From Azolla caroliniana (taxonomy: Eukaryota; Plantae; Polypodiophyta), in assembly GCA_043228905.1 (NCBI GenBank), contig JBHGNT010000003.1:16120001-16184000 (forward strand): DNA of 64,000 nt, in the 5' to 3' direction. Positions within the stretch are counted from its first letter, which is position 1; each line of letters opens with the position of its first letter. Shown piece by piece: positions 37,400 through 50,499 of this stretch. Below the pieces are notes generated by a model that saw only the letters and a list, made by a program, of their open reading frames with translations, did not search any database and had not been told where the DNA came from. A program made the position numbers and the translations under genes.

Positions 37400-40178
37400 T
37401 TGCTAACTGAAGATGGGTATCGAACAACTCTACACGAATCGACGTGGGTGATCAGCCGAGGAAACATCAAAATCAGGAGTGGGCACAAGTATAATAATCT
37501 CTACCCATTGATGGCGATCAACCCTGAAGGGGCCGTGAACGTAGCCGAAAAGACCGACCCAAACCTATGGCATGGCCGACTCGGCCATATGTCACAAGCC
37601 AGACTTGATCGGTTGATGCAAGTTGGCTACATCCCGAAACTCCAAGCGAAGACGGATTTCTGCGAGCATTGTCGATATGGGAAACAAACCCGAAATCCGC
37701 AGTCTCTCCACTACGAGACGGTACGACAACCCCTAGAGCTCGTGCACACAGACATATGTGGGCCCATGCCAGAGCAATCACTAGGAGGCTCCTGGTACTT
37801 CATCACATTCGTAGATGACTGTACACGGAAAGTTTGGGCATACTCCATCAAGTCCAAAGATGAAGCGCTCGAGTTCTTCACTTGATGGACATCTGAAGTG
37901 GAGAACCAGTCGGAATACAAAGTGAAGACACTCCGATCCGACAATGGAGGTGAGTACACCTCCAGAGCAAACAATACCTGTCCGAAAAAGGGATTCGACA
38001 CCAAAAGATTGTTCCCTACACACCCATGCAAAATGGAGTGGCAGAACAGATCAATAGGACGATCCAGGAGAGGGTGACGACAATGCTCCAGCAAGCCGGA
38101 CTGAAATTGGAATTCTGGGCCGAGGCATTGCAAACGGCAGTATATCTAATAAATCTGGTGTTGTCAAGAGCCATCAAGCTCGAAGTGCCACAGGCACTAT
38201 GGTTAGGCAAACAACCGGCCTACAATAGGCTCTGCATATTCGGATGTGAAGCCTACACATTCATCCCCAGAGACAAGGGTTTAGGGTTTAGGGTTCATAT
38301 TTCTCAGTTATGGCACCGATGGGGACTTCGGCTACCGGCTATGGAACCTGAGAACCGGAAATTGATCCGGAGCAGCAACGTAGTCTTCAATGAAGACTCT
38401 ATCTTCTCTCAACAGAACCAACAGAAAACAGTTGGTAAGAAGGTATCCTTCAAAGATGGCAGCATTGACGTAGAAGGACCGACCCAACGGGCCGAATCGG
38501 AGACTCGACAAACAGTCCAACTCCAACAAACTACCAACTTCCCTACCGACACCGAATCGGCAACAAGTCCTAAAGTCAAACTCAAAGACAAAGCCATCAA
38601 AGACATAGTTGAATCGACAAGAGCCGATAAGAGGCAAGTCAGAACTAAGTCAACAACATCCACAGGGGAGAACAACCAAACACCGCCGAAATCCCAAACC
38701 GAGGGCCGGACACCTAACAAGACTCCTAACACAACTGGTTCAACAAATACCGATCGTCAATCGGAACCGATCGAAGGATCCGAACCAGATATTACGGCAC
38801 CCAGGAGATCTAGACAAGCTCGAAGGCCAACAGAGTTTTATCAACCGGGCCTCGACTATGTCAACTACACGAATGCAAGCAAACCAAGCATGTATGAAGA
38901 AGCTATGGTCGCACCGGACGCCGAAACATGGCTACAAGCCATGAAATCCGAAATGGACTCGATTCATCAGAATCAAACATGGGAGCTGGTTGAACTACCA
39001 ACTGGAAGGAAGCCGCTACCTTGCAAATGGGTTTTCCAATACAAGTATGTATCCAACTCAAAGAAACCCAAGTACAAAGCTCGACTTGTCGCGACAGGAT
39101 TCAAACAGGAATATGGGGTCGACTACGACGAGATATTCTCACCAGTAGTCAAGATGACCACCCTCAGACTCCTACTAGGAGTCGTGGCGACAAAAGATCT
39201 AGAGCTCGAACAGATGGACGTAAAGATGGCATTCCTACACGGAGATCTAGAAGAAGACATATACATGTCTCAACCGGTAGGCTTCACGGCGATAGGGGAG
39301 GACAGTCACCTCGTATGTCGACTACAGAAAAGTCTATATGGCCTAAAACAAGTGCCAAGAATGTGGTACCAGAAGTTTGACTCCTACATACGGCAGCTTG
39401 GATACAACATATCAAACTCCGACCCATGCATGTATGTTCGGCAACTGGCCGACGAGTCAAGGATCTATCTGATCCTATACATCGACGACATGTTGATTAT
39501 AGGAAGCAATCAAGCAGAGATCGGTAAGCTGAAACGGAGCCTCCATGCAAAGTTTGCGATGAAGGAACTAGGACAAGCCCGACACATATTGGGCATGCGG
39601 ATAGAGCGAAACCATACGACCAAAACTCTCTGACTCTCCCAATCTGAATACATCCGCAAGGTGCTGAAGCACTTCAACATGGAGAATGCAAAGCCAGCAC
39701 CAATACCACTTCCGATGTCAATTAGACTATCGGACAGAGACTCTCCTGCAACGGACCAAGAGAGCGAGCTTAATGGAAAAGATACCCTACGCATCGGCAG
39801 TAGGAAGTATCATGTACGCAATGATGGCGACCCGACCTGACCTAGCCTATGTCGTAGGAATGGTCAGTCGGTACATGTCAAACCCAGGAAAGAAGCATTG
39901 GGAGGTCGTCAAGCACATCCTTAGGTATCTAAAAGGAACCCTGGATGCACAGCTAACTTTCGGACAGAAAACCTCAGCTAAAGTCGAAGGCTACATCGAT
40001 TCCGAATATTCCGGAAATGCAGATAATCGGAAATCGACATCAGGCTACATCTTCACCTATGGTGTCGGTGCAATATCATGGAGGTAAAAACTTCAAGAGT
40101 GCACAACTCTATCTACCATAGAAGTCGAGTATATAGCAGCATCGGAAGCAGCGAAGGAAGCGATCTGGTTGCACCGAC
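37400..40178 (+). pseudogene. Copia pol remnant (GAG-pre-IN, IN, RT, start of RNase H)
   Basis: LWHGRLGH, CEHCRYGKQ, HTDICGP, QNGVAE, CKWVF, YIDDML, GAISWR. Confidence 0.9.
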
Positions 40179-40474
40179 TGTCATGATATGGCAAGACTCG
40201 AACCCATGACCTTATGCTACATGGGTCGAGCTCTTGACCATTAGACCATACATTGTAATATGTAGAATATTATTTTCATTTATGTTTTATTATAGAAAAT
40301 TGATGTATATTCCAGATTTCTCTAGAACATTCTAGAAACTTCAGGAGTATTCCTTAGAACACTATAAAAGGAGGCAAAAGGCATTATTTCGAACCAAATC
40401 GGTTCAACGCCAGTCTTAAGCCTCCTAGCTGCTATTGTACATTCTCTTCACATCATATATATCTTTTCTTATCA

Positions 40475-40515
<41 letters not shown>

Positions 40516-43500
40516 CTCTCTCTCCCTCCCTCTCACTCACTCTTTCCTTGTCTCGAGAGTTCTCCATCTCTCTTAGTACTAATACTTCTTTTAGTACTAA
40601 TTCCTTCTCTGTCTTAGTACTATTCCTGATAGTTTGAACCGATTTTGGTCGATCTTCCTTCTGTATCTTCCTTTCCTCCTCTTCCTTTTATCTTCTTATT
40701 AATCCTCTTATCCTCCCTAGTAAAATGGAAACTATTAGCGCTCAGGAATACCAATTTGTTTTCTCGAAGCTCCAATGCTTAAAAGAGAAATTTGTAGCAC
40801 TAGAAGAAGAAAATCATCGTTTGTTAGGGGATCTTCAACAAATAGCGTTGGAAAAACAACAAAAACATGGGGAGCTGACGTTATGTTGTCGCGTTGTTAC
40901 GCGCGTGCGTGTAGAAGGGGCAGGACCACGGGGGTCTCGGACTAGGGAGTAGAGGAGAAAGAGTAAGATATGATATGGAGGCTTAGCTCAAGAGGAGAAG
41001 AAGAAAGAATAAGATCACAACATAGAAGGAGAGATCGGCGGAGGTAAGATACTCAACAAGTTATATTAAAACAAACGAATGATTACAACCATGGTGGCTG
41101 CATGGGCCGCACCGAATGACTATGAGGAAACCCTAACCGAGGATGAATAACGAAACCCTAACCCTAAAATGGTAAGAACTCTAGACTAAGTGGTATACCT
41201 CTCATACGCAAAATAGGGAACCCTTCATAAGTGACCCCTCCCTTCCTTTTATAGCCCAAGGAGGGAGGGACCTTACAATGTGGGATAAAATTTCCCCTCT
41301 TCATTCTACACACCATTTCCTAGTATACATGTGCACATGTTGCACACCACCGATTTGCCCATTTCACCCCGGTTTCACACTATAGCCGGAAATCTTCACG
41401 ACATCCACCCCCACCAAACCGCACATCCACCGGTATCTGCCAAGAAAGGAAAGGGGTGAGAGATTTCGGCGACGGTGATCAACCGGGTCTTTCGCCTTAC
41501 CGGCACCCAACCGTCTTGCCGGTCCCTTGCCGGCGCCGATCCGTCTTGCCGGCTCCTTACTGGCCCCGACCCGTCCACCGCGTCCACCGCGTGTCCCCAA
41601 ACCAGCGGCTCCATCCAATCCGCCATATTCGACGGAGTTCGCCGAACCACCGTCTCCGCTCGATCCGCCAGACCCGGCCTTCGCAAACCTCTCTTTGTTT
41701 TCCTTCGTTTTCCGTGCGTGACCTTGGACCAAATCCTTGTTCTTCCCGACTGTTTGCCGAATATCGCACCATGTGCTCTTCGTCCATGCTTGTCTTGCCT
41801 CGGCCGCTTCCTCGACTCGGCACTGTCACGTGCCAAACTTCATCGGGGATCATCCTCGTGCTCGTCGCTCGGCCCTTACGCGGCCACATTGCTCGTCTCG
41901 CACTCCGCTTCGCTCCGCGTACCCTTTCGAAAAGGTACGTTGCTTCCCCGACATCCGTGTCGGTGCTCTCATCTTCGGTGTCCCCGGCAACCTCCAAAGT
42001 TGCCGCTTTCCCCCAAGGTACACCCTCTTGGTCCGCCTAGCCTGCTTGGCCGCACACATCCTTCGGGATGCCCCGTTTGCTCTTCACGGTACGTGACCCT
42101 CCGTTCTCCACACATCCCCTCCATTTTCCCAGACACAATCCTTCGTTCATGCCGATCACGCTCGTCTCGTTCCGTCGATCTTGGCGTCTCGTCGCACCGT
42201 CCGTCGTCCCGCGCTTGCCTCTCGAAGGCTTCCTCTGACCGTCATCGTCGGTCACTCGTTGTGGCTCCTCTGAATGCACGCTCATTCTTTGGTCCTTAGG
42301 TGACCCCATTACACGCACCTCGATTCTCCCTTGCTCTCCGTGCTCTCTTGTAGTAGAGCGTATCGTCATTCCGACCTTCGTGTTGGGGTTCTTCGTGGCT
42401 CTTGTTACCGCTTCATCCCGACTCGCATCCTCTTGGCCCGCTTGGCCCCGCATGTCCTCTGGGACGCCGCTTTTTCTCTCCCCGATGCATAACTCTTTGC
42501 TCCCCGAGCACCATCCTCCGCTCTCGTCGTCCATCCGCCGATCCCGGCACCTCACCGCTCCGTCTCTTGCAGCGTGCTTGCCTCTCAAAGGCTCGACTAG
42601 TCCGCCGTTGCCGGTCACTCGTTGTCGTTGTTCCGGCTGCATGCTTGCTTCTTGGCCCTTCGTCGGCCGTAGTGCATGCTCCGTTTTACGCCGTAGTGCA
42701 TACTTCGTATTACGCGCCTCATCCACCGTAGACCCGACCTCCGTGTCGGTCTCTTCATCCTTCGTTGTCGTACACTCTTCCGTCTCCGTTTGGCCCTCTT
42801 GGCCATGCTCGTCCGTCTTCACGCATCGGGTACCCATTTCGGTAGCCTTGTCCGTTCCGGTCTCCGACTCCTCGTTGCCACCCGTCGTCTCTCTGGTCTT
42901 ATGTTGATCCGCAACCGCCAAAGTCTCTAGAATATGTGGGGAGGGTCCCGCTTGTTTCCGGTCTTCCACGGAACCGTAGTCATCATGCCCGCTTGGCCTC
43001 CTTCTCGCTCTCATCGGCTCCCACCATGTGTTGCGGCTCATTCGCCTCGACCTCCAATCATGCCGACTTAGGCTTCGCCCGGATCGGTCTCGGCCGATCG
43101 AGTTCCGGTTTGGTCGGCTCCCTTCCGTAATCGTAATCGGCCGGTACATGTTTGTCCGAACAAATCCGGCCTTACCGGCTCTTCTTCGGCCCGGGCCCGG
43201 TTGACCGGACTCTGCTCTAATCTTCTTTCGCGTCGTCTTCCGATCGTGTTGGATTATCGACCGGTTCATCTTCCAATCGGGTCGGTTCCCAACTTTCTCC
43301 TCTTTGCCGCTCCCGACCTCTCCGTCGGCCCTCTTGTATAAGCCCATTCCGGGCCTCGCATCCTCATCTTCATACGTGTTCGCTCCGGGCCACGCCTCCT
43401 CACGGCCACCGCCCTTCTGTCCGATCTTATGTTGGCATTCGAGCGCAACCGCCGTAGTCTCCAGCCCCAGTGTCGAGGGTCTCTCCTCCGTCCACTACGA

Positions 43501-45546
43501 CCTTCCTCGTCGTCGTTTCGATCACCCGCTTTGCCGCCACCATCTTCCGTCTCTCCGATCTCATGTGGGCTCTCGGGGCCGGCCGCCGAAGTCTCTAGAA
43601 TAGGTGTGGGAAAAGTCCCGGTACCGTTACTCGCCGATGTCATGTTCGTAGCCACCTTTGTTCGGACGTCGTAGTCCGTAGCTATCTCGTCCCCGGTTAT
43701 GCAAGCCTCGGTTATGCTTGCTACCTCCTCGTCCTCGTCCTCGTCTCGGTTGCCCACCTTGCCGTCGCCACCACCCGTCGCTCTAGGACTCACGCCGGCA
43801 CTCGCGCCGACTGCCGGAGCCTCTAGGACCGGTGTGGGTAGGGACCCAGCACCACCGCTCGTTGTGTCCGTAGCCGCCTCCGTCCGGACGCCGTTGTCCG
43901 TGGCTACCCCGCCTCCGATCACGCAAGCCTCGATTACGCTTGCCGCCGTCTCTTCCACGTTGTCGTCTCGGTTGCCAGCCTTGCCGCCGCCACCCCCCGT
44001 CACTCTAGGTCTCACGCCGGCACTCGGGCCGACCGCCAGAGCCTCTAGGACCAGTGTGTGTAAGGTCGTGGCACTACCGCTTGTCTCCTCCCCACTCGAT
44101 GTTTCGGGCCGCCATGTCCCGAATCCGTAGTTACCGGCCTCCATGGCCGTCCCTTCACCGCAAGGCAAGAGGGTCGCTTGCTCCGCACCCTCTCCCATGT
44201 CACCGTCGTACGCTCTTCCGGCCTCCGTATAGGCCCCATCTTCTACGCTTAGGGAGGCTTCTTCCTCCATATCCTCCGATAGCCTCTGGCCCGACTCCAT
44301 AATAAGCCCTTCTTCGGCTTCGATTTTCCCCTTCACAGGCTCGCATGCCTCCCGTATTAGCGCTTCTAGGTCGAGCTCCTCCGAACCGTTTTGCGTTGAG
44401 CTCTCTTCCAGTGGTAGTGCGTAGCCGCTCACCGCCCTCTCTTCTCCGCCGCTCGTGGGCCATGTTGTTGCCGACCGCTCCCCATCGGGTTGCCGTCATA
44501 CCCACTCCGGTTTCGCGTATCTGTATGCGTCCAATAGAGCTCCCTCAAAGAACTCCCATGACTCGTGAGCTTCTTGAAGCTCCTTGACCTCTTTGTGCAC
44601 TGATACGACCGCCACTCGACGAAAATATTCTAGCCGCATCGCCTCGTCCACGCCCCCTTTCGCCATCTCGGCCTTGTAGGCTCCCAAAAATTTTAGGACC
44701 TCATTCCCAATGAACCGGTCGACTCGATCGACCACCCTTTCGACGGCTTGTTGAGCCGCATCTCGCTTCGCCATCTTCCATCCGGCTTCCATCACGATCT
44801 TTGCCATCATCTCCTCGAAGTCGAAGTCTTCTTCCATCTCCATGCTCCTTTGCCGCCCTTCACATCGGGTTCACCAAAGATGTCGCGTTGTTACGCACGT
44901 GCGTGTAGAAGGGGTGGGACCACGGGGGTCTCGGACTAGGGAGTAGAGGAGAAAGAATAAGATATGATATGGAGGCTTAGCTCAAGAGGAGAAGAAGAAA
45001 GAATAAGATGACAACATAGAAGGAGAGATCGGCGGAGGTAAGATACTCAACAAGTTATATTAAAACAAACGAATGATTACAACCATGGTGACCGCATGGG
45101 CTGCACTGAATGACTATGAGGAAACCCTAACCGAGGATGAATAAGGAAATCCTTAACGAAACCCTAAACCACATGTTGCACACCACCGATTTTCCCATTC
45201 CACCCCGGTTTCACACTATAGCCGGAAATCTTCACGACAACGTGTACAATAACTCGAAGAGACTATCATATCATTACAACAACAAGGATCAAGCACTCAA
45301 GGGATTCACAAAGAACCCAAGATCGGTCTTCCTGCAAAATTTGATGGGACCCGATCACAGTTTAGAGGGTTTTTGAATCAGGTATGTTTAGTGATACAAA
45401 TGCATCCTTCTCGATATCCCACCAATGCATCACGAGTGGGACTAGTAGGCACTCTCCTTAGTGGCTCAGCGTTAGCATGGTTTGCTCCATTGTTGGAAAA
45501 GGAATCTCCATTACTAAACAGTTTTAAAGAATTTATAAGTGAGTTT
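40179..45546 (+). mobile_element. Tcn1/Tf1-like Gypsy 5' part: LTR 40179-40631, self-priming PBS 40632-40647, gag 40725-40886 + 45244-45546
   Basis: TGTCA..TGATA; gag METISAQEY..EPKIGLPAKFDG..GTLLSGSALAWF, homologous to the gag at 22962. Confidence 0.87.
40887..45239 (-). mobile_element. Non-autonomous tRNA-Trp-primed LTR element (gag-like only, no pol)
   Basis: LTRs 44881-45239 (internally deleted) and 40887-41403; PBS 44859-44876; PPT 41404-41415; TSD ATGT/ACGT; ORF 44496-44843 resembles the gag N-terminus of copy B. Confidence 0.88.
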
Positions 45547-47358
45547 TGTCAAGAACTACACACTCCCGATGAACAACGCTCAGCCACAACCAAGCTTAGA
45601 ATCAAACACAGAAAACGGGAATGAATGCACGACACAATGGAGAGAAGAGTACACAGGATGTTTACGTGGAAAACCCAAACACGGGAAAAACCACGGCAGT
45701 CCACTAACTACTAACTATCACTATGTAACAATATACAATAGATGAATACAAAGGCAACGACCTCTTGTTCACTGTCTTTGCCACAGGCGGCGGTTACAAC
45801 AGAGATACGAACTCTTCTTCTCTTTCTCTCTCTCTCTCTCTCTATACACTGTTGCACTCTAATCTTACGCCAAAAAGAATGACGGAAAAAAAACACCAGC
45901 ACACACTAAGTTTGCCCTAAGTCATATTTAGACTAATATGACTTTTCGGCTATTTACAAATATAGCCCCGATGGACCAAATATGTCCCTTCATCCGGTGA
46001 GCACTTCTCACCGGGCCTTCACCATCCAGCTCTTGCCGGGTACTCGTCATCCGGTTCTCACCGGGTCTTCCATTGCCGGGTACTCCACATCCGGATTCGA
46101 CCTCGGCCTATCGGTCTCGGCCGAGTTGCTCATCAACACTGTTCTTCTCACTTCCCATCCGGAGGGACCTGTCTCCTAACAAACTCCCCCTTCACTCCGA
46201 CATGCGATGTCTTATTAATCCGATCTGCTTCCGGCATGCATCCAGCTTGTCGGGTATCAGTACTTTGGTCAGCACATCTGACCCATTCTCAGCCATGTGG
46301 ATCTTCGTCAGCGCGAACTCCTGGTCATCTACTCTTTCCCGGATCCAGTGATACCTTCGCTGGATATGCTTCGTCCGGGATTGGTAGGCCACATTCTTAG
46401 CAAGGTGGATGGCACTTTGACTGTCGCAATAGAGTCGGTATTCCTCTTGCCGGATACCGAGCTCTTCGATGAAGTCCTTCATCCATAATATTTCCTTGCC
46501 GGCTTCCACTACCGCCATGTACTCTGCCTTCGTGGTTGACAATGCAACCGTCTTCTGCAGCCTCAACTACCACGAAACAGCTCCCCCTACATATGTCATT
46601 ACATACCCGAATGTAGACCGGCTGGTATCCACATCAGCCGACATGTCCGAATCGGTAAAACCGTCAAGCTGAGGTTTTCCAAAGCTGAATCGGAGACACA
46701 TATTTGAAGTGCCCTTCAAGTACCAGAGTATCCATTTGACCGCGTTCCAGTGCTCCTTGCCGGGATTGCTCATAAACCGGCTCACCACTCCGTCTGTGTA
46801 TCCTATATCTGGTCGGGTACACACCATTGCATACATTAAGCTCCCGACGGCAGAGGCATATGGAACCTTCATCATATCAGCCTTCTCTGCTTTCGTCTTC
46901 GGGCTTTGCTTACCAGATAATCTGTAGTTTGCCGGGAGTGTCGATACGATCGGTTTCGCTTCTAACATGTTGAACCGCTGAAGCACCTTTGTCACGTACT
47001 TCTCCTGTGACAGCCACAATTGCTTCGTTGGCCGGTTCCAGATGTTATGCATCCCCAGCATCTGCCTTGCCGGACCCAAGTCTATCATCGCGAAAGTTCG
47101 GTTGAGAGCCTTCTTCAGCATCCGTATTCTGGCTTGGTTCCGTCCGACGATCAACATGTCGTCCATGTACAGAAGGAGTATCAAGAAGTCACCTCCTTCA
47201 AACTTCTTCACAAACACGCAGTGATCAGCCTGCGTCTTGTGGTACCCTTGATCGGTCATGAAGGAGTCGAACTTCCAGTACCATTGTCGGGGAGCCTGCT
47301 TCAGTCCGTACAGGCTCTTCGTCAACTGACAAACCAGGTGCTCCTTCCCTTTCTCCAC
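45547..47358 (-). mobile_element. Tnt1/Tork-like Copia 3' part: RT, RNase H, PPT, 3' LTR 45547-46181
   Basis: KSLYGLKQAPRQW, LYMDDML, GFTDSD, RTKHIQRRYHWIRE. Confidence 0.9.
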
Positions 47359-47360
47359 GA

Positions 47361-47625
47361 CGTTGCTTCTATTGTAACCGCCGCCTGTGGCGAAGATAAC
47401 AAGCTCGAGGTCGTTGCCTCGGTGCTTTACCATTGTACATTGTGATATAGTGATAGTTTGCAGCCTGTGGGCTGCCGTGGTTTTTCCCTACTTTGGGTTT
47501 TCCACGTTAACATCCTGTGTACTCTTCTCTTCACTATGTCGTGCGTACCTTACCCGTTTTCTGTGTTTTGATCCTAGGCTCAGTTGTGGTCGAGCATTGT
47601 GCTTAGGGAGCGTGTATTCCTGTCA
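47361..47625 (+). mobile_element. Partial LTR (R/U5) of the family of 956-1733
   Basis: Aligns by eye to ~1465-1733; ends CCTGTCA; no PBS follows. Confidence 0.85.
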
Positions 47626-49608
47626 AGACCTTGCATCCTCACGACCATCGCACATCTCTCCGGTCTTATGTTAGTACGCAATCGCCGAAGTCTCCGGCCC
47701 CGATGTTGAGGGATCTCTCCTCCGTCCACTACAATCTTCCTAGTTCTCGTTTCGGTCACCCACCTTGCCACTGCCACCGTCCGTCACTCTAAGTCTCACG
47801 CCAGCTCTCGGGTTGGACGCCAAAGTCTCTAGAACTGGTGTGGGTAACATCCTAGCATCTCCGCTCGTCATGTCCGTAGCCACCTCCTTCCCCACCTTGT
47901 TGCCGCCACCGTCCATCACTCTACGTCTCATGCTGGCACTCGGATCGGTCGCCGGATTCTCTAGACTGGTGTGAGGATCGTCGTAGCATGGCTCACTCCA
48001 CATCCTCTTCCATGGTACCGTCGTACCGTGTTCCTGGCCTCTCTGTAGGCCTGCTTCTTCCTCCCTTCCGGATCAGTTATCCAGAAGTCCGCTCCGCCCG
48101 ATTCTTGTCCGGGTCTGTCCGTCACTCTGCATTTCCACGTCTTGTTCTACTGCGGCCATTGTCAGTATCTTGGTCTTACGTCGGATCCGATGCCGACCGC
48201 CGAAGTCTCTAGCCCGGTGTAAGGTGACCCGTAGGACCGGTCTTCGTTCCTCTGCTTCCCTGTTCTTCTCTTGAACTCGTTGTCGACCTCCTTGTTGTGG
48301 TTCCGCCTCCCGCCTCCATCTTCCATCTCTCTAGGTCTCACACCAGCTCTCAGGCCGGCTACCGAAGTCTCCAGATGAGATGTGGGGATACCGATTCCGA
48401 AATGACTCCTCCAAGGCCACTGACCCTTTTAGTGGTGTCGGTGGAAAGCATCTGCTCTATGATCGATGAAGCCCCGCTTGGGCTTGATTCTCCACTGTCC
48501 GTAGTTTTGGCTCTGATGTCGATACCACCAGACACGGTCCATACCATCGATCATCTTCTTCCCGAATTCCAATGTTCGCCTTGGTCAATCTTTCTCCCCA
48601 TGTGAAGAGGGCGGCTCGTTCCGCACCCTCTTCCGTATCGGCACCTTCATACCAAACCTGGCCCCTGTCGATCGGGCTCTACTGCCTCTCACTTGTCTTC
48701 TGTGTCTCGGGCCGGTTTCGGTTGAACGATCCACCTCCGGATCATGCTCCATCCGAATTGGAATGCCGAAAAGTTCAATCCCCGGTCAGATCGACTTCTG
48801 ATTATGCTCCCTTTGGTGTCGCCTCTCATTTCCTCCTTCTTCTCTGTCGTGGCTCCATCCTCGACCTCCTCGCATGTTATTTCCCATCCATCTTCGCTGG
48901 CATCGTGCCAGGACTCCTCGTTGGAACCTTCCATCTCTCCGGTCTTATGTCGGCACACAGGCTCGATTACCGAAGTCTCTGGAATTCGAGTGGAGGGCTC
49001 TTCTCCGCTCCCGACCTCCTCCTCAGCCTGTCTTTCTCTGCAAGTCGAGAGGACGTCTTACTCCACACCCTCTCCCGTGGTACCATCGAACCATTCTTCA
49101 GCCTCTGCTTGGGCCATGTCCACCTTGTTTGAAAGGCCGACTTGCTCTAAGTCTTTGGAATCCGTCCACGTGCCGGATCTCTCTTCTTCGTCAACCATCG
49201 CCTTCAGAGCCTCGTACGCTTCCCAAACCAAGGCTTTGACATCGAGCTTCGTTGATCCTTCTTGTTGCGTGCCCACTTCATGCCGTGATGATGCACCGTC
49301 ACGCGTTATCTTCTTGTTACCTTTCATGGACCACTCCTCATCCAGCCGTCGGCATACTTGTTCAAATTTCGACGAGTCCTCGGTAAGGCCATTCGCTCCA
49401 TCGTTGTCTTCGAGCTCAATTCCAATGGCCTCCCATTCCACTCGGTTGATCGACCTAACGAACAATAGGACTTTGTCCACCCCCACCAGACTTTGTTCCC
49501 GCTCCGGGAGTCGAGCAAGCCGTTGCTCGAACTCTCAGAACGCCTTCGTTGCACCCCGGTGGGTCTTCGCCGATGCAACCCACTGGTCGAAGTCGCGTCG
49601 CGTCGCGT
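47626..49608 (-). mobile_element. Internal fragment related to the non-autonomous element 40887-45239
   Basis: Gag-like DKVLLFVRSI..LEDNDGANGLTED (49058-49486); PTPVLETLA modules shared with ORF 43266-44432. Confidence 0.75.
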
Positions 49609-50499
49609 CATGGACCTGGTTGATGACCCTAAGGGTGTAAAGTCGATTGGATGCAGGTGGGTGTGCAAGGTCAAGTACAACATCGACGGCTCTGTCAACC
49701 GCTACAAGACCCGGTTAGTGGCGAAGGGATACGCACAGCAACACACCATCGACTACGATGAGACCTTTGTGCCTGTTGCAAAGATGACAACCGTCCATAT
49801 CCTGCTTGCGGTAGCCATAGTAAAGGGGTGGCATTTACATCAAATGGATGTAAAGCATGCGTTCCTGCAAGGAGAACTTGAGGAACAGGTGTACAGGGTA
49901 CAACTCCTTGGATTTCAGTCTGGAAAGAACACCTCGGCGGTATGTCGACTGAAGAAGTCCCTCTACGGACTAAAACAAGCCACGCGTGTGTCGAACGCGA
50001 AGATCACACAGCACCTTCGGCGGATGGGTTTTAGACATCCAAATTGGACTCTTCATTGTTCGTCCGGCAAAGTCGATGTGGACCGGCTAGTATTTTACTT
50101 TATGTTGATGATTTAGTCATCGTCGGCACCGACTAGAAGAAATCAGTCGCGTAAAGTCTCAACTCGCGGCGTCATTCGACATGAAGGACCTAGGGGACCT
50201 TCATTACTTCCTAGCGATCGAAGTGACCCACACCCCCGAAGGCATACTGATCAGCCAACGACATTACGTGTTGAGTATGTTCTTCAAGTTCGGGATGGCA
50301 GACTATAAGTCCATCTCAACTCCTCTGGACATAAACGTCAAGCTTCACCGAGATTCAGGAAAGGCGTGTGACCCGACACAGTTCTAACAGATTGTCGGAA
50401 GCCTAATTTATTTGATGATCATTCGGCCGGATCTCAGTTACACGGTCGGCCTAATCAGTCAATTTATGTCCCAACCCACGACCGAACACCTTTAGTGCG

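Noticed and set aside
40179-40256. Functional tRNA genes at the tRNA-like modules
   Set aside because: Acceptor and anticodon stems pair poorly and anticodons differ between copies; reported only as tRNA-like modules.
41364-43347. Many long overlapping ORFs on both strands
   Set aside because: Expected in GC-rich, stop-poor sequence; no recognisable domains.
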